This document shows positions 31,476-41,700 of a DNA stretch of 64,000 nucleotides, piece by piece. How positions within the stretch are numbered: the stretch's first letter is position 1; each line of letters starts with the position of its first letter. The notes under the pieces were generated by a model that was not told the origin of the DNA, did no database searches, and saw only the letters and a list, made by a program, of their open reading frames with translations. The stretch is from Nostoc sp. GTDB lineage: Bacteria; Cyanobacteriota; Cyanobacteriia; Cyanobacteriales; Nostocaceae. The position numbers and the translations under genes are program-made. The DNA is taken from the NCBI GenBank assembly GCA_036918135.1, contig JBALDB010000001.1, positions 1-64,000 on the forward strand, read 5' to 3'.

Positions 31476-31492
31476 TTTTACGCTTTTTCTTC

Positions 31493-31738
31493 ATGCAGCC
31501 TAGTAAACTAGACCAAATTTTAGGACTAGAACTACAGCGTCGTCGCACAGAGAAAGGTTGGTCACAGGAGTATCTTGCAGAAGTAACAGGTCTGCACAGG
31601 ACTTACATAAGCCAGCTTGAGCGAGGGCTAAAAAGTCCATCTGTTAGAGTTCTCAGCCATATTACCAATGCTTTAAGTATAACAATGAGTGAGTTTTTAC
31701 AAGCTGTAGAGGAATCCCTGAGTGTTGACGGACAGTGA
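31493..31738 (+). CDS. XRE HTH controller (C) protein of an R-M system
   Basis: RRTEKGWSQEYLAEVTGLHRTYISQLERGLKSPS; overlaps the start of the next gene. Confidence 0.85.
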   Translation: MQPSKLDQILGLELQRRRTEKGWSQEYLAEVTGLHRTYISQLERGLKSPSVRVLSHITNALSITMSEFLQAVEESLSVDGQ

Positions 31739-32471
31739 GATTGAAAGATTAAGCCAAGCCATTATTGCTACCATTGCATCTCTAGTCATCGGCTCGATAG
31801 AAGATTATACGTGGGAAGCTATTTTTCATTATGTCAAGGATATTCCTTTATCAGATCCCGCTTTGGGACGTAGCAAACTTCTATATGATGCTGTTGACTT
31901 GGTGACTAAAACTGGTTGGTCGCTTAAATCTCTCCAACTCAATAGTCTTAACTTTACAAATCCATTTTTGTTTGTCATTCAAAGAGCAGATATTATCAAG
32001 AAAGCTGTCCAACTAGGTTTTCCTGGTCTAACTGAACAATCCTTACCTAATGAACTTGGAGCAGCTATCATCCAACATTGGAACGAGAAGATTATTTTGA
32101 GTTAGGCAGCACAAAGCGTTGTAAATAGTTATGAAGGTATATTACTCAAAACTATCAAAGGCTACGAGTATATTTATTGCGAGTTTCCACTCAATCCTCT
32201 TGACCCAAATACATTTTCTTGGGCTTGGACGGTAGATAAAATTACTGGAGGATCGGGAGTTGGACTACAGGGAAGCGTTGCAGGTAAAATAGAATTAGTT
32301 TGGTACAAAAATCAGAAACAACTTTTTCGAGCTAGAACTATTCCTACACAGGCGGCTCGTATTACAGTTGAAAGAACTCGTCTGACGCTTGATCGATACG
32401 TAAAGACAGTTCTCTCTGCTTTACAAGATCAAATCAATACTCAGTTTTCTGAGGATAAGCTTGAAGAATAG
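31722..32471 (+). pseudogene. Putative type II restriction endonuclease with an in-frame TAG
   Basis: 250-codon frame open except for TAG at 32103-32105; E...YDAV...GWSLKS resembles a PD-(D/E)XK variant; C-R><-M context. Confidence 0.7.
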
Positions 32472-33590
32472 ATGAGGCTATTACTTTACCTAGCAGGGGA
32501 GGTACAGATTCACCAATTTGAGAAGCCATATCAGTATATGTTCCCAAAAAGTGAAAATCATCTGGATAAGAGTGTAATCTTGCAGCTTCACGTATTGTAA
32601 TTGTTCGATCCTGAGTAGGATGGAAAAACCTACCCGATCCTGGATGGAAGAGCCATCTGGTAATAGTTCTCGCTGGCTTATCCCAGTAAAGTCTCCCGTA
32701 TGCACCACTATAGTGTTTCTTAGGAGCTAATTCAGAAGGTAAGTCCCTAGCATCTTGTCCTTCATAAAGAGCGCGAGCTCTCGAAAATTGAATTGGACTC
32801 AAAGCACGAGCAACATGATTAACAATTTTTGTGCTTTGATGACGCATCATTGTTTGATATATAGTTTGCGGAGGAAAAGGATAAACTTCAGCGTCATAGT
32901 CTTGTCCTGCATCTAGTGGTGGTAAGTCTCCAATCGCATCTCTGACTGTGACAAGTGGAGAAATTTTTCCATCAAACAAATCAAGTTGATTACAAAATTT
33001 TGTAGTTCTATAGTCACTCTTAATGTCACCAAAATGTGTTGGTTTAGGAAAATGAAGGTAGCGGTCTAGGCTAGCTAGAAAAAAGCTCTGGATCTCGTTT
33101 GTGGTATTCCATAATGTGCAGCATTTAATGATGAGAAGACAACTTTATAACCCAATGATTCAAGTTTTTCTGTTATTTCTTTGCTGATTATGCCATTGTA
33201 AGCTTTTAAGATTTCAGGTACGTTTTCCATTACGACATAAAGGGGTTTAAACTCCTCTACGAATTCCAAAAACGTTTGATATAACTGATTACGAGAATCA
33301 TTGAGATAGCGAGAATCAGCAGGAATATTTCTTGAAAATCCCTGACACGGGGGACCACCAATCAAAGCTGTTAGTTCTTCTCGTCCCAAGCCCAACGCTA
33401 ATCGTAAGTCATCAGGACAAAGCTTACGTAAGTCCTGATGAATGATTTTAGTTTTTGGGTAATTGTGCTTATAGGTTACCAAGGCTTTTGCATTTATATC
33501 AATTGCACATAGAGATTCAAAGCCCGCCATGTGAAATCCTTTAGTCAAGCCACCAGCACCAGCAAATAAGTCAATAATCTTGTATGTCAT
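32434..33590 (-). pseudogene. DNA cytosine-5 methyltransferase, frameshifted
   Basis: DLFAGAGG, GGPPCQGFS, ENV, QTRSRAF, TIREAARLHSYPD, QIGESVPP. One added T in the run at 33079-33084 restores a 385-aa ORF. Confidence 0.92.
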
Positions 33591-33616
33591 TATTGAATAC
33601 TATAGTATTCAATAAT
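33589..33616. promoter_or_regulatory. Perfect 28-bp palindrome abutting the MTase start (probable C-protein operator)
   Basis: ATTATTGAATACTATAGTATTCAATAAT; shares the TTGAATAC half-site with 31437-31475. Confidence 0.75.
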
Positions 33617-33665
33617 TATCGTCAAGCAACTCCTCAATAAAAGATAGTAATCTTTAGATAAACTT

Positions 33666-34532
33666 TTATTGAGCCACCTGAGCGGGTTTTAAATTTCTAG
33701 CTCTGTAGAAAGTTTCTAAGCTATCGCGATCGCCGACGAAACGCCAGTGCCAAGGTTCATAACTCACACCTTGAAGATTATTTTTCGGAAAGGACATTTC
33801 AAAGCCAAAACGCGCTGCATTTGCTTGTAGCCACTGATAAGCTTTGGTTTTGTCAAAGTTAGGTTGGAGATTTGTCGCTGGTGCTGCACCATCTCCAATA
33901 TCCGCAGCATAACCTGTGTGATGTTCGCTATGACCTGGAGGAGCGCTGAGGGCTGCTCGTTCTGCTGGTGTTTGATTTCGCTGAGCGCCGACAGCAAAAA
34001 ACAATTGCTCTTGGTCTTTGATTGAGCGAAAGCCAGAAATTGGCACTAAAATTACATTTGCACTTCGTGCTGTTGCTACCATCTCCTGAAACTTTTGGGC
34101 AGCAGCTTTTCGCATTCTAATGCCCCTATTTCCGGAAATGGTTACTAGTTCTGACTCCGGGGCTTCTGAGTATGCTAGATGCCCTAACAAAGTATTGTTG
34201 GAATTATTGGTGTTGGAATTATTGGATGTTGCGGTGGTTGCAGGAGCAGGACTAATTGCTGAAGGTTGCAAATTGGCAGTTTTTCTAAATGTAGTCAGGA
34301 AAAACAAAAAACTACTAATTAAAGCCAGCAGGATAAATCCCGCTACTCCCCCAATCAACAAAAATCGAGGCTGCAACCACACCTTGGGTACTGCAACAGG
34401 AGTATCGCGTACAGCCACTGGAATATCATCAGGATCGGGTGATGAATTTTGCAGTTTTTTAGAAAACCCAGCCTTCTTCAAGGGAAAACTCCTGTTTTGT
34501 GGGATAGCCATAACAGATTTTGCACTGGACAA
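33666..34532 (-). CDS. M15B D-alanyl-D-alanine carboxypeptidase (VanY-like)
   Basis: SGFRS, SAPPGHSEHHTGYAAD, YEPWHWRFVG; start uncertain. Confidence 0.9.
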   Translation of the reverse strand: MSSAKSVMAIPQNRSFPLKKAGFSKKLQNSSPDPDDIPVAVRDTPVAVPKVWLQPRFLLIGGVAGFILLALISSFLFFLTTFRKTANLQPSAISPAPATTATSNNSNTNNSNNTLLGHLAYSEAPESELVTISGNRGIRMRKAAAQKFQEMVATARSANVILVPISGFRSIKDQEQLFFAVGAQRNQTPAERAALSAPPGHSEHHTGYAADIGDGAAPATNLQPNFDKTKAYQWLQANAARFGFEMSFPKNNLQGVSYEPWHWRFVGDRDSLETFYRARNLKPAQVAQ

Positions 34533-34583
34533 AAGGTAGAGGTAAAAGGTAGCATTTTAGATTTGTAATTCTCAGGCGCAATT

Positions 34584-35501
34584 TTGACAAACCTTTTAGA
34601 ACTATACGTCAAGCTGGGAGGATTAGTACTGGTAGGTTTTGTTTTGGGACGCAAACTACCTGTAACAGTTCCTACCAGGTTAGGACAGTTTCTTTATTGG
34701 GTGGGAGTACCCATCAGCATAGTATCTTTTTTGCACCGATCTAGCTTGTCCGGGCAGATTTGGATTGCACCTGCGATCGCTTACGTAGCCATTCTACTCG
34801 GTGCATTTTTAGCTTGGGTAGGCATTAAAGTACAAGCCTATTTTAGAAATACCGTTCCCCAAGCACCAACTCAGGCTAGTTTGCTGCTAGCAGCAATGCT
34901 GGGTAATACAGGCTTTCTCGGCTTTCCCATTGCTTTAGCAATGGTAGGTAAAGAATACTTTGCTTGGGCGTTATTTTACGATTTGTTGGGTTCGTTCCCA
35001 GGAGCTTATGGCTTGGGCGTGTTACTAGCAGCGCGTTTTGGTGGTGGTGTCCACAATTATTGGCAAACTTTTAGAGCTGTCTTAATTAATCCTGCTCTAT
35101 GGAGTTTCGGATTTGGCTTGCTGTTTCGAGAGGTAACAATCCCCACAGTCGTGGAATTGTGCCTAGAGAAATTGGCTTGGAGTATCCTAACTTTATCTTT
35201 GGTGCTAATTGGAATGCGATTAGCGCTACTTAACTCTTGGCGCAGCCTACCACAAGTGGGGATGAGCTTAGCAATCAAAATGCTACTAGTTCCCTTAATC
35301 TTGGGGAGCATCCTACCACTGGTTGGATTAACGGGTTCTACAGTAAAGGTGATAGTCCTGCAAATGTCTATGCCTCCAGCTTTTGCCACACTGGTAATTG
35401 CTGAGACATTTAATCTCGATCGCGATTTAGCTGTAACTGCCTTAGCTGCTGGAGCTATAGTATTGCTGATTACTCTGCCAATCTGGCTGTGGCTGTTTTG
35501 A
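34584..35501 (+). CDS. AEC-family transporter
   Basis: GNTGFLGFPI, NPALW, LQMSMPPAFATLV; multiple TM segments. Confidence 0.88.
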   Translation: MTNLLELYVKLGGLVLVGFVLGRKLPVTVPTRLGQFLYWVGVPISIVSFLHRSSLSGQIWIAPAIAYVAILLGAFLAWVGIKVQAYFRNTVPQAPTQASLLLAAMLGNTGFLGFPIALAMVGKEYFAWALFYDLLGSFPGAYGLGVLLAARFGGGVHNYWQTFRAVLINPALWSFGFGLLFREVTIPTVVELCLEKLAWSILTLSLVLIGMRLALLNSWRSLPQVGMSLAIKMLLVPLILGSILPLVGLTGSTVKVIVLQMSMPPAFATLVIAETFNLDRDLAVTALAAGAIVLLITLPIWLWLF

Positions 35502-35594
35502 TTTTAGATTAATTCACTATGGTAATCAGTATAAATACTCAAAAAATAAGTATTTGCACTCAGCTTCACAATTTGCTAATATTTTTTAAACGTT

Positions 35595-35711
35595 TAAGTA
35601 AGTGGGTAGGAAAATTTCTCGTTGAGGTAAGGCAGGAGGCACTAGGAAAGAAAGTTTTACTCTAGCTAATCTTTCTTCACATAGCTTGATTTTATTGTGC
35701 CGACCTACTTA
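35595..35711. repeat. MITE (TAAGTAGGTCGG-type ends)
   Basis: TAAGTAAGTGGGTAGG...GTGCCGACCTACTTA; same end as the element at 43950-44080. Confidence 0.65.
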
Positions 35712-36064
35712 CTTTACTTATTAAGTAAATCTAGTTTTTTAAGCAATTTAACAGTCGCTCGTATCCAAAGGCTTGCAGATTTTTCTGATGTTTCTCCTGT
35801 CGTATTTTTCCTATAAATCCATCAGAGAATGACTTCTGAGAAGCAATATAGAGATAGAGAAAAAAGTTTAGTTTGCATTATCGTGTCCGGCGATCGCTTT
35901 TAAGTAGAAAGTGTTCAAGTATCTACTTAATTACTGTATATTAAATTACTTTAAAATGAATAAACTAAGTATACTTTAACTCTTAACACTTGCAATAAAA
36001 TTAACCAAAATATAGCTTTGTAAGCTTTTTTTATTTTTAAGTATACTTAAAGAATAAGTATAAT

Positions 36065-36583
36065 TTAATCTTCTCGACTTATCTTAGCTGCTAGTTCGAC
36101 GATGTTCATTTGTTCGTAGCGTTCAAAGGGTTGGTGAATCCAAGGGTTATCGGGCAGATAATCAACGTAATAATCGGGTGCTATAACTGAACAGGCCTTG
36201 TACCACAGTGTAGCAGTGCGAATTTCTTCAATGGGGAAATCAATATTTTGTTTCAGCCAAGAAATAGTTTGCTGGAGTGTAATTCCAGAGTCTACTAAGT
36301 CATCTACTAAAAGAATGCGCGAACCTAACTTTTGGGCAGTCATTGTTAAGTGACCGGAAATAATTAAATTATTTCTTTCTTGTTTACTAAGGCTACTGTA
36401 AGATGAGGTTGCTAAAATTGCCAGGGGTCGATCGTAGATGCGGGAGAGAATATCTCCAACTCGTAGTCCTCCTCTAGCAAGACAGATAATTTGGTTAAAT
36501 TCCCAACCAGATTGATAAATCTGAATGGCCAGTTGTTCAATTTTTTGGTGATAATTTGACCAAGAAACATAAAGGTCTGGCAT
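36065..36583 (-). CDS. Phosphoribosyltransferase (purine PRT-like)
   Basis: ARGGL, ILLVDDLVDSGITL, PDYY...WIHQPFE. Confidence 0.9.
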   Translation of the reverse strand: MPDLYVSWSNYHQKIEQLAIQIYQSGWEFNQIICLARGGLRVGDILSRIYDRPLAILATSSYSSLSKQERNNLIISGHLTMTAQKLGSRILLVDDLVDSGITLQQTISWLKQNIDFPIEEIRTATLWYKACSVIAPDYYVDYLPDNPWIHQPFERYEQMNIVELAAKISRED

Positions 36584-36660
36584 AAGTCTCACTTGAGTAG
36601 TAAATATCTACTATTAAAGGCAAACGCAAACTTTTTATTTTAGTATGAGTGCAAATTATT

Positions 36661-38121
36661 ATGAATGATTCTGTTGGTAATGGCAATGCCCAACGAAATC
36701 CTGTAAGTGAAAAACTGGATTTGAAAACAAAATTAGCTTACGGTGTAGGAGATTTAGGCCCAGCTGTTACTGCAAATATCTCTGTCTTTTTTCTGCTGGT
36801 TTTTTTTACTAATGTTGCTGGTATCCCAGCGGGTTTAGCTGGCAGTATTTTGATGATTGGCAAAATCTGGGATGGAATAAACGATCCGGTTGTCGGCTTT
36901 CTAACTGATAAAACGAAATCTCGTCGCTGGGGTCGTCGTCTTCCTTGGATGTTTTATGGGGCAATTCCCTTTGGGATTTTCTTCTTCTTGCAGTGGATTG
37001 TACCGCGTTTTAGTGCCCAGCAGAGTAATAATATTTGGCCGTTGTTTTGGTATTACGTGGTGATTGGCGTAATATCTCAGGCGTTTTACACTGTTGTAAA
37101 TTTGCCTTATACGGCAATGACTCCAGAATTAACTCAAGATTACGACGAACGCACTAGCTTAAATAGCTTTCGCTTTACATTTTCCATTGGTGGCAGCATT
37201 TTGTCGTTGATTTTAACACAAGTTATTTTTTTTCTAATTAGCGACCGCCAACAACAATATCTAGTTTTAGCAGGAATTTGTACAATAATTTCAATTTTGG
37301 CGTTATATTGCTGTGTTTATGGAGTCCGCGATCGCATTTTGGCTTTTGAGGCCAAACGTATTCAAATTGAGGAACCTCCATCTCTCCCGTTTAACGAACA
37401 GTTAAAAATTGTCTTCACTAACCGAGCTTTTTTATTTGTTATTGGTATATATCTTTTTTCTTGGCTAGGCGTGCAAATCACAGCTAGCATTATTCCCTAT
37501 TTTGTAGTCGATTGTATGCGCCTCAAGGAATCAGATGTGCCTACATTGATGATTGCAGTCCAAGGAACTGCTTTGTTAATGCTATTTATCTGGGGTGCAT
37601 TAAGTAAAAAAGTTGGTAAAAAAATTGTTTATTTTCTGGGAATGAGTTTATGGATTATAGCAGCCGCCGGATTATTTTTCTTGCAACCTGGTCAAATCGC
37701 TTTGATGTATTTTATGGCTATTATGGCAGGTATTGGGGTGTCCACAGCTTATTTAATTCCTTGGTCAATGATTCCAGATGTAATTGAATTAGATGAACTG
37801 CAAACCGGACAACGAAGAGAAGGCATTTTTTATGGCTTTATGGTTTTACTACAAAAATTTGGTTTAGCTTTTGGGCTATTTTTAGTAGGAAATGCTTTAC
37901 AAATAGCCGGTTTTAAAGAAGCTGTAGTCGGACAAACTACACTACCCATTCAACCGGAATCGGCACTACTAGCTATTCGGATCGCTGTTGGCCCTATACC
38001 CACAATATGTTTGATTTGTGGCTTAGTTTTAACGTATTTTTACCCAATTACCCGCGAGATGCACGCAGAAATTATGCTGAAACTCAAAGAACGGGAAGAG
38101 AACAGGGAGAATGGGAAGTGA
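36661..38121 (+). CDS. MFS glycoside-pentoside-hexuronide (MelB-like) transporter
   Basis: KLAYGVGD, WDGINDP..G.LTD.T.SRRWGRRLPW, GQRREGIFYG. Confidence 0.9.
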   Translation: MNDSVGNGNAQRNPVSEKLDLKTKLAYGVGDLGPAVTANISVFFLLVFFTNVAGIPAGLAGSILMIGKIWDGINDPVVGFLTDKTKSRRWGRRLPWMFYGAIPFGIFFFLQWIVPRFSAQQSNNIWPLFWYYVVIGVISQAFYTVVNLPYTAMTPELTQDYDERTSLNSFRFTFSIGGSILSLILTQVIFFLISDRQQQYLVLAGICTIISILALYCCVYGVRDRILAFEAKRIQIEEPPSLPFNEQLKIVFTNRAFLFVIGIYLFSWLGVQITASIIPYFVVDCMRLKESDVPTLMIAVQGTALLMLFIWGALSKKVGKKIVYFLGMSLWIIAAAGLFFLQPGQIALMYFMAIMAGIGVSTAYLIPWSMIPDVIELDELQTGQRREGIFYGFMVLLQKFGLAFGLFLVGNALQIAGFKEAVVGQTTLPIQPESALLAIRIAVGPIPTICLICGLVLTYFYPITREMHAEIMLKLKEREENRENGK

Positions 38122-38618
38122 GGACGAGGAGAATGACAAATGACCAATGCCCCCTACCCTATCTCTTGTATCTGCGATCGCAAACTGATTTAACTTAAAT
38201 ATATACGTTTTAGCAGAGGTAAATTCAAATACTCTATTTTATATTTAAATAAATAGGAAGTATTAAGGACAACTTAAATCAATCTCATCTATACTCGTAG
38301 TCACCTTGTAAATTTGTCAGTCCTTCTTTTTATAAAAAATATGGTTTTATGAGTTGGATTGCAAATGCTTCTAAATAAACACAAGTTTTCCGTCTCCGCT
38401 TAAAAACCCCCTTGTCTCATTTCCACTTGTGGTAATGGGACAAATTTCTATTTTGTTTATTTTATAAGGCGTGATTTTGTTATTGGGGATGGGCGTAAAG
38501 TATTAGTGCTGATACTATTGTTCATTGAATACACCATGTATGATAATAGAATTTTAATTTATAATTAGTATTTTATACTACTCTATTATTAAGCATTACT
38601 AAAATAATAATGCTTATT

Positions 38619-39665
38619 TTATCTAGTCAAACTCTTTACTGAAACTATTCTCTCAACTTCATCTACTTTAATCTGCGCTAATCCAAACTGTTGAATTACC
38701 CCAGCATTTGTAGTTAAATGACTACTCACCTCAGCTACTCGGTAATGACTTGCTTGTGAAGCTAAAGCAGCAGGTAATAATAATTGATCTGCTAAGTGTT
38801 CATCCACTGGTGCGCCTGTATGATGAAACTCAAGTAGTTGCTGACAAACAATCTCTGCAACTGTCTCCGCTGATAACCGCAAACGCCCAAACCCACCAAA
38901 ACCAGCTAAGCTGTTCTGATACTCAGCAGTAAGGAAAATACCCGCCCCAGGTGCGACACCTTTTTCTCGCGACGCTTGTACAGTAACTTTTAAATGCGCT
39001 TCTCTTAACAAACTTTCTGCACGATTGGCCATACGTTGGGGAATATGCGAAGGTAATTCCGTCACCACAGCAAGTCCGCGCACTTGCTGTAAGTTCCCCC
39101 TCTCCAATAAGTCGATCCCACCGAGTTGACTACTACCACTGACTTGTAACTCGATTTCTCCGCCACCTTGAGGATACCAACCCCAAGCGCCTAACTTGAC
39201 TTTTGCTTCTACTCCCATGCGTTGCAATATCCGCAGGTAAACTTGCTGAATGTATGTAACTGTGGGGCTAAAGTTTACATGAGTTCCACCTTTGAGTGTT
39301 ACCTGAGAATTGCCAGATGCTAGTGCCAAAGGTAAGAGAATTGTCTGGAGAATTAAAGCGATCGCACCCGCAGAACCACCAGGTTGTGCTTTACTAACAT
39401 CAAAGGCATAAGTTCCAGCTTGCACGGCACTACCTGGGATGAATTCCAGCAACATTGAACCCAAAGCATCACCCCGTAGTTGGGCATTACAAATTCTACC
39501 TGCGGCACGAACGGCTGTTAAATGCTGTGGTGCTAATCCTGGCTTTTTGCGTCCAGCGCGAATACCTGTAATCCGTATGGGTTCGCCAGTAATAGCAGCT
39601 AGACTTAAGGAAGTGCGAAGAACTTGTCCGCCTCCCTCTCCGTATGAACCATCAATTTCAATCAT
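38619..39665 (-). CDS. rtcA: RNA 3'-terminal phosphate cyclase
   Basis: IDGSYGEGGGQVLRTSL, KPGLAPQH, YPQGGG, VDEHLADQL, HLTTN. Confidence 0.95.
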   Translation of the reverse strand: MIEIDGSYGEGGGQVLRTSLSLAAITGEPIRITGIRAGRKKPGLAPQHLTAVRAAGRICNAQLRGDALGSMLLEFIPGSAVQAGTYAFDVSKAQPGGSAGAIALILQTILLPLALASGNSQVTLKGGTHVNFSPTVTYIQQVYLRILQRMGVEAKVKLGAWGWYPQGGGEIELQVSGSSQLGGIDLLERGNLQQVRGLAVVTELPSHIPQRMANRAESLLREAHLKVTVQASREKGVAPGAGIFLTAEYQNSLAGFGGFGRLRLSAETVAEIVCQQLLEFHHTGAPVDEHLADQLLLPAALASQASHYRVAEVSSHLTTNAGVIQQFGLAQIKVDEVERIVSVKSLTR

Positions 39666-39784
39666 GGGTGATTTTGGGATGTTGTTTTGGGTTTTCCCCA
39701 GATTCTGGAAATTAAAGCATAGATAATGTATAGAATTCACAATTCATAATTGAGAATTTAGAATTCAATTTTTAAATTTTAATT

Positions 39785-40005
39785 GGAGAACTTTGCTTTA
39801 TCCAGAATTCATTAACCCATAGCAGGTCTATTATTTCTCTAAATTTGAACTGCTGAGGAGCAATAACTTTTCCTCCCAGCTTCCTCAATAATATAGGTGT
39901 GAGGATTGGCAATAGCCACACTCTGTTCTTGGTGATAGCGAATAATTTCGTTGATACGTTCTTCTATGGTGTAGCGCAGAAGCTGCAAACTACTAGGAAT
40001 GAGGC
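39785..40005 (-). pseudogene. C-terminal fragment of an FAD-linked oxidase
   Basis: LQLLRYTIEERINEIIRYHQEQSVAIANPHTYIIEEAGRK, followed by a frameshifted KF...D..GLMN.G remnant. Confidence 0.6.
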
Positions 40006-40109
40006 TAATGGATGCTCTTTTCCCATCTGGGTTACCCCAGTTTACTCTCTGGGAATTCATGCCACTTATTTAATATCAAGTCGGATCGGGCACTCAAGCT
40101 GACAAAAAT

Positions 40110-40731
40110 AGATATTTGGCTAAATTTCTATTAGTTAAAAAAAACAGGATTAAAATTGTAAGGACGCTTTTGGTTGTCACCAAAACCATACTTGGTTACG
40201 AGTAAAGGCAAATTCCTGATATTAGCATAAGCAGAGATACAAATTAGTTTGTCTTTAAGGTTGCCAAGGGTTTTAATTGCTGTGTTGGGATGGGCAATGA
40301 GACACCAGGGATTTTTACTGAAAAATTGCTGCGACTGTGATTTTGGGAATACCTTGCGCTATGGCGTTCACAGGAGCAATACCATAACCCATAAAGAAAT
40401 CTACCGTACCCCCCATCAACAATTTAGTATTACTACCAACTTGAAGACCACCCATTTGAATAGTGACATCTAAACCGTAATCTTTATAAATACTAATGGC
40501 GTTGGCGCAGCCCGTCGTAGACATCACCAGGTAAAATCCGCCGCTTTCTGCTTGTACAATCCAGTTTGCGCCAAACGTCACTTTATCCAACTGAAAGTTG
40601 CTAGTTGACGGTTGGTTGCTGTTAGTACAAGCTGTAATCAAGCTTCTAGCAATACAGATAGAACTGTATTGAATAAAATTGCGACTACTTTGGCGATGAA
40701 TTGTTATTGATGAAGGTGATGACGAATTCAT
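40110..40731 (-). pseudogene. NMT1/THI5-like ABC substrate-binding protein, frameshifted
   Basis: DKVTFGANW..QAESGGFY...YKDYGLDVTIQMGG...TVAAIFQ*, continuing in another frame; carries a small repeat insertion. Confidence 0.75.
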
Positions 40732-40752
40732 AAAACAGTATGATGCTTTCTC

Positions 40753-41235
40753 CTATCTACCGTCGGAACTCAATCTAAATGTACATTCTAAAATTAACTT
40801 TTGATTCACCACTGAATAGGGTTGAATTTCCAGAGCGCGTTTAAAAGCTCGGATAGCTTCGCTATACTTTCCAAGTGCTGCATAACACAAACCCATGCCA
40901 TGAAGCGCACCAAAATGTATTGGATTTATCTGCACAACTATCTGACAATCTGCTAGAGATTTTTGATAATCACCAATACTGTAATAGAGAAAAGCCCGCC
41001 GATTCCAAGCTTCAGCAAAATCTGGCTGTTCTTTGAGAAGTTCCGTCAGATCTGTTTCGGCTTCAGTAATTTCACCCGCATCAAGTAACTTTTGACTGCG
41101 GTCAATCCTTTCCAGCCCATAAATTCCCTTTTGCTGAAACCAAATCCGCCAAATTTTTCTCGTTGCCTGTTCGCGGATTGTAGCATCGGGATTTTTCAAC
41201 TCTTCAAGTAAGGAATTGATAGATAAAGAATCCAT
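40753..41235 (-). CDS. Tetratricopeptide repeat protein
   Basis: PDFAEAWNRRAFLYYSIGDY...HFGALHGMGLCY. Confidence 0.88.
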   Translation of the reverse strand: MDSLSINSLLEELKNPDATIREQATRKIWRIWFQQKGIYGLERIDRSQKLLDAGEITEAETDLTELLKEQPDFAEAWNRRAFLYYSIGDYQKSLADCQIVVQINPIHFGALHGMGLCYAALGKYSEAIRAFKRALEIQPYSVVNQKLILECTFRLSSDGR

Positions 41236-41700
41236 AAATTTGAGATCGGTGAATATACCTTTCTTTTTACTTTCTCACAAATTTTATCTTCTAAAACATT
41301 TTTAAAGTCATCTTTAAAATTACGGAGATCAATTGCTATTTATGAAATTTCTATGTGATTTTTTGTATGCGACAAACTCAGCAATGCCAAACCCAATATT
41401 CAGACTTATAAGTGCTTAGTGGTAAAGATGCCAGACTTTTAAACATAAAAACTGACTAGAGGTAGTTGACAACTCCTTAGTGACTAATAGTTCATAAAAA
41501 CATTACAAAAAAAGTCAGTTTATCAGTATATTATTCTCACTTACCATGCTAGTAACTTTAGTCCTAAAACTAATTTCCATTACGCTAAGGAGCAGCTGTT
41601 TTGATACAACGTAGGCTGATTATTACTACGCTGATTAAATAAGCACATCATTGCAGCCAAGTGACACAACAGGGATATTTATTGACTTAGCATTAACTAA

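Noticed and set aside
31403..31492. N-terminal extension of the C protein
   Set aside because: It overlaps the operator. ATG 31493 gives a typical ~80-aa controller.
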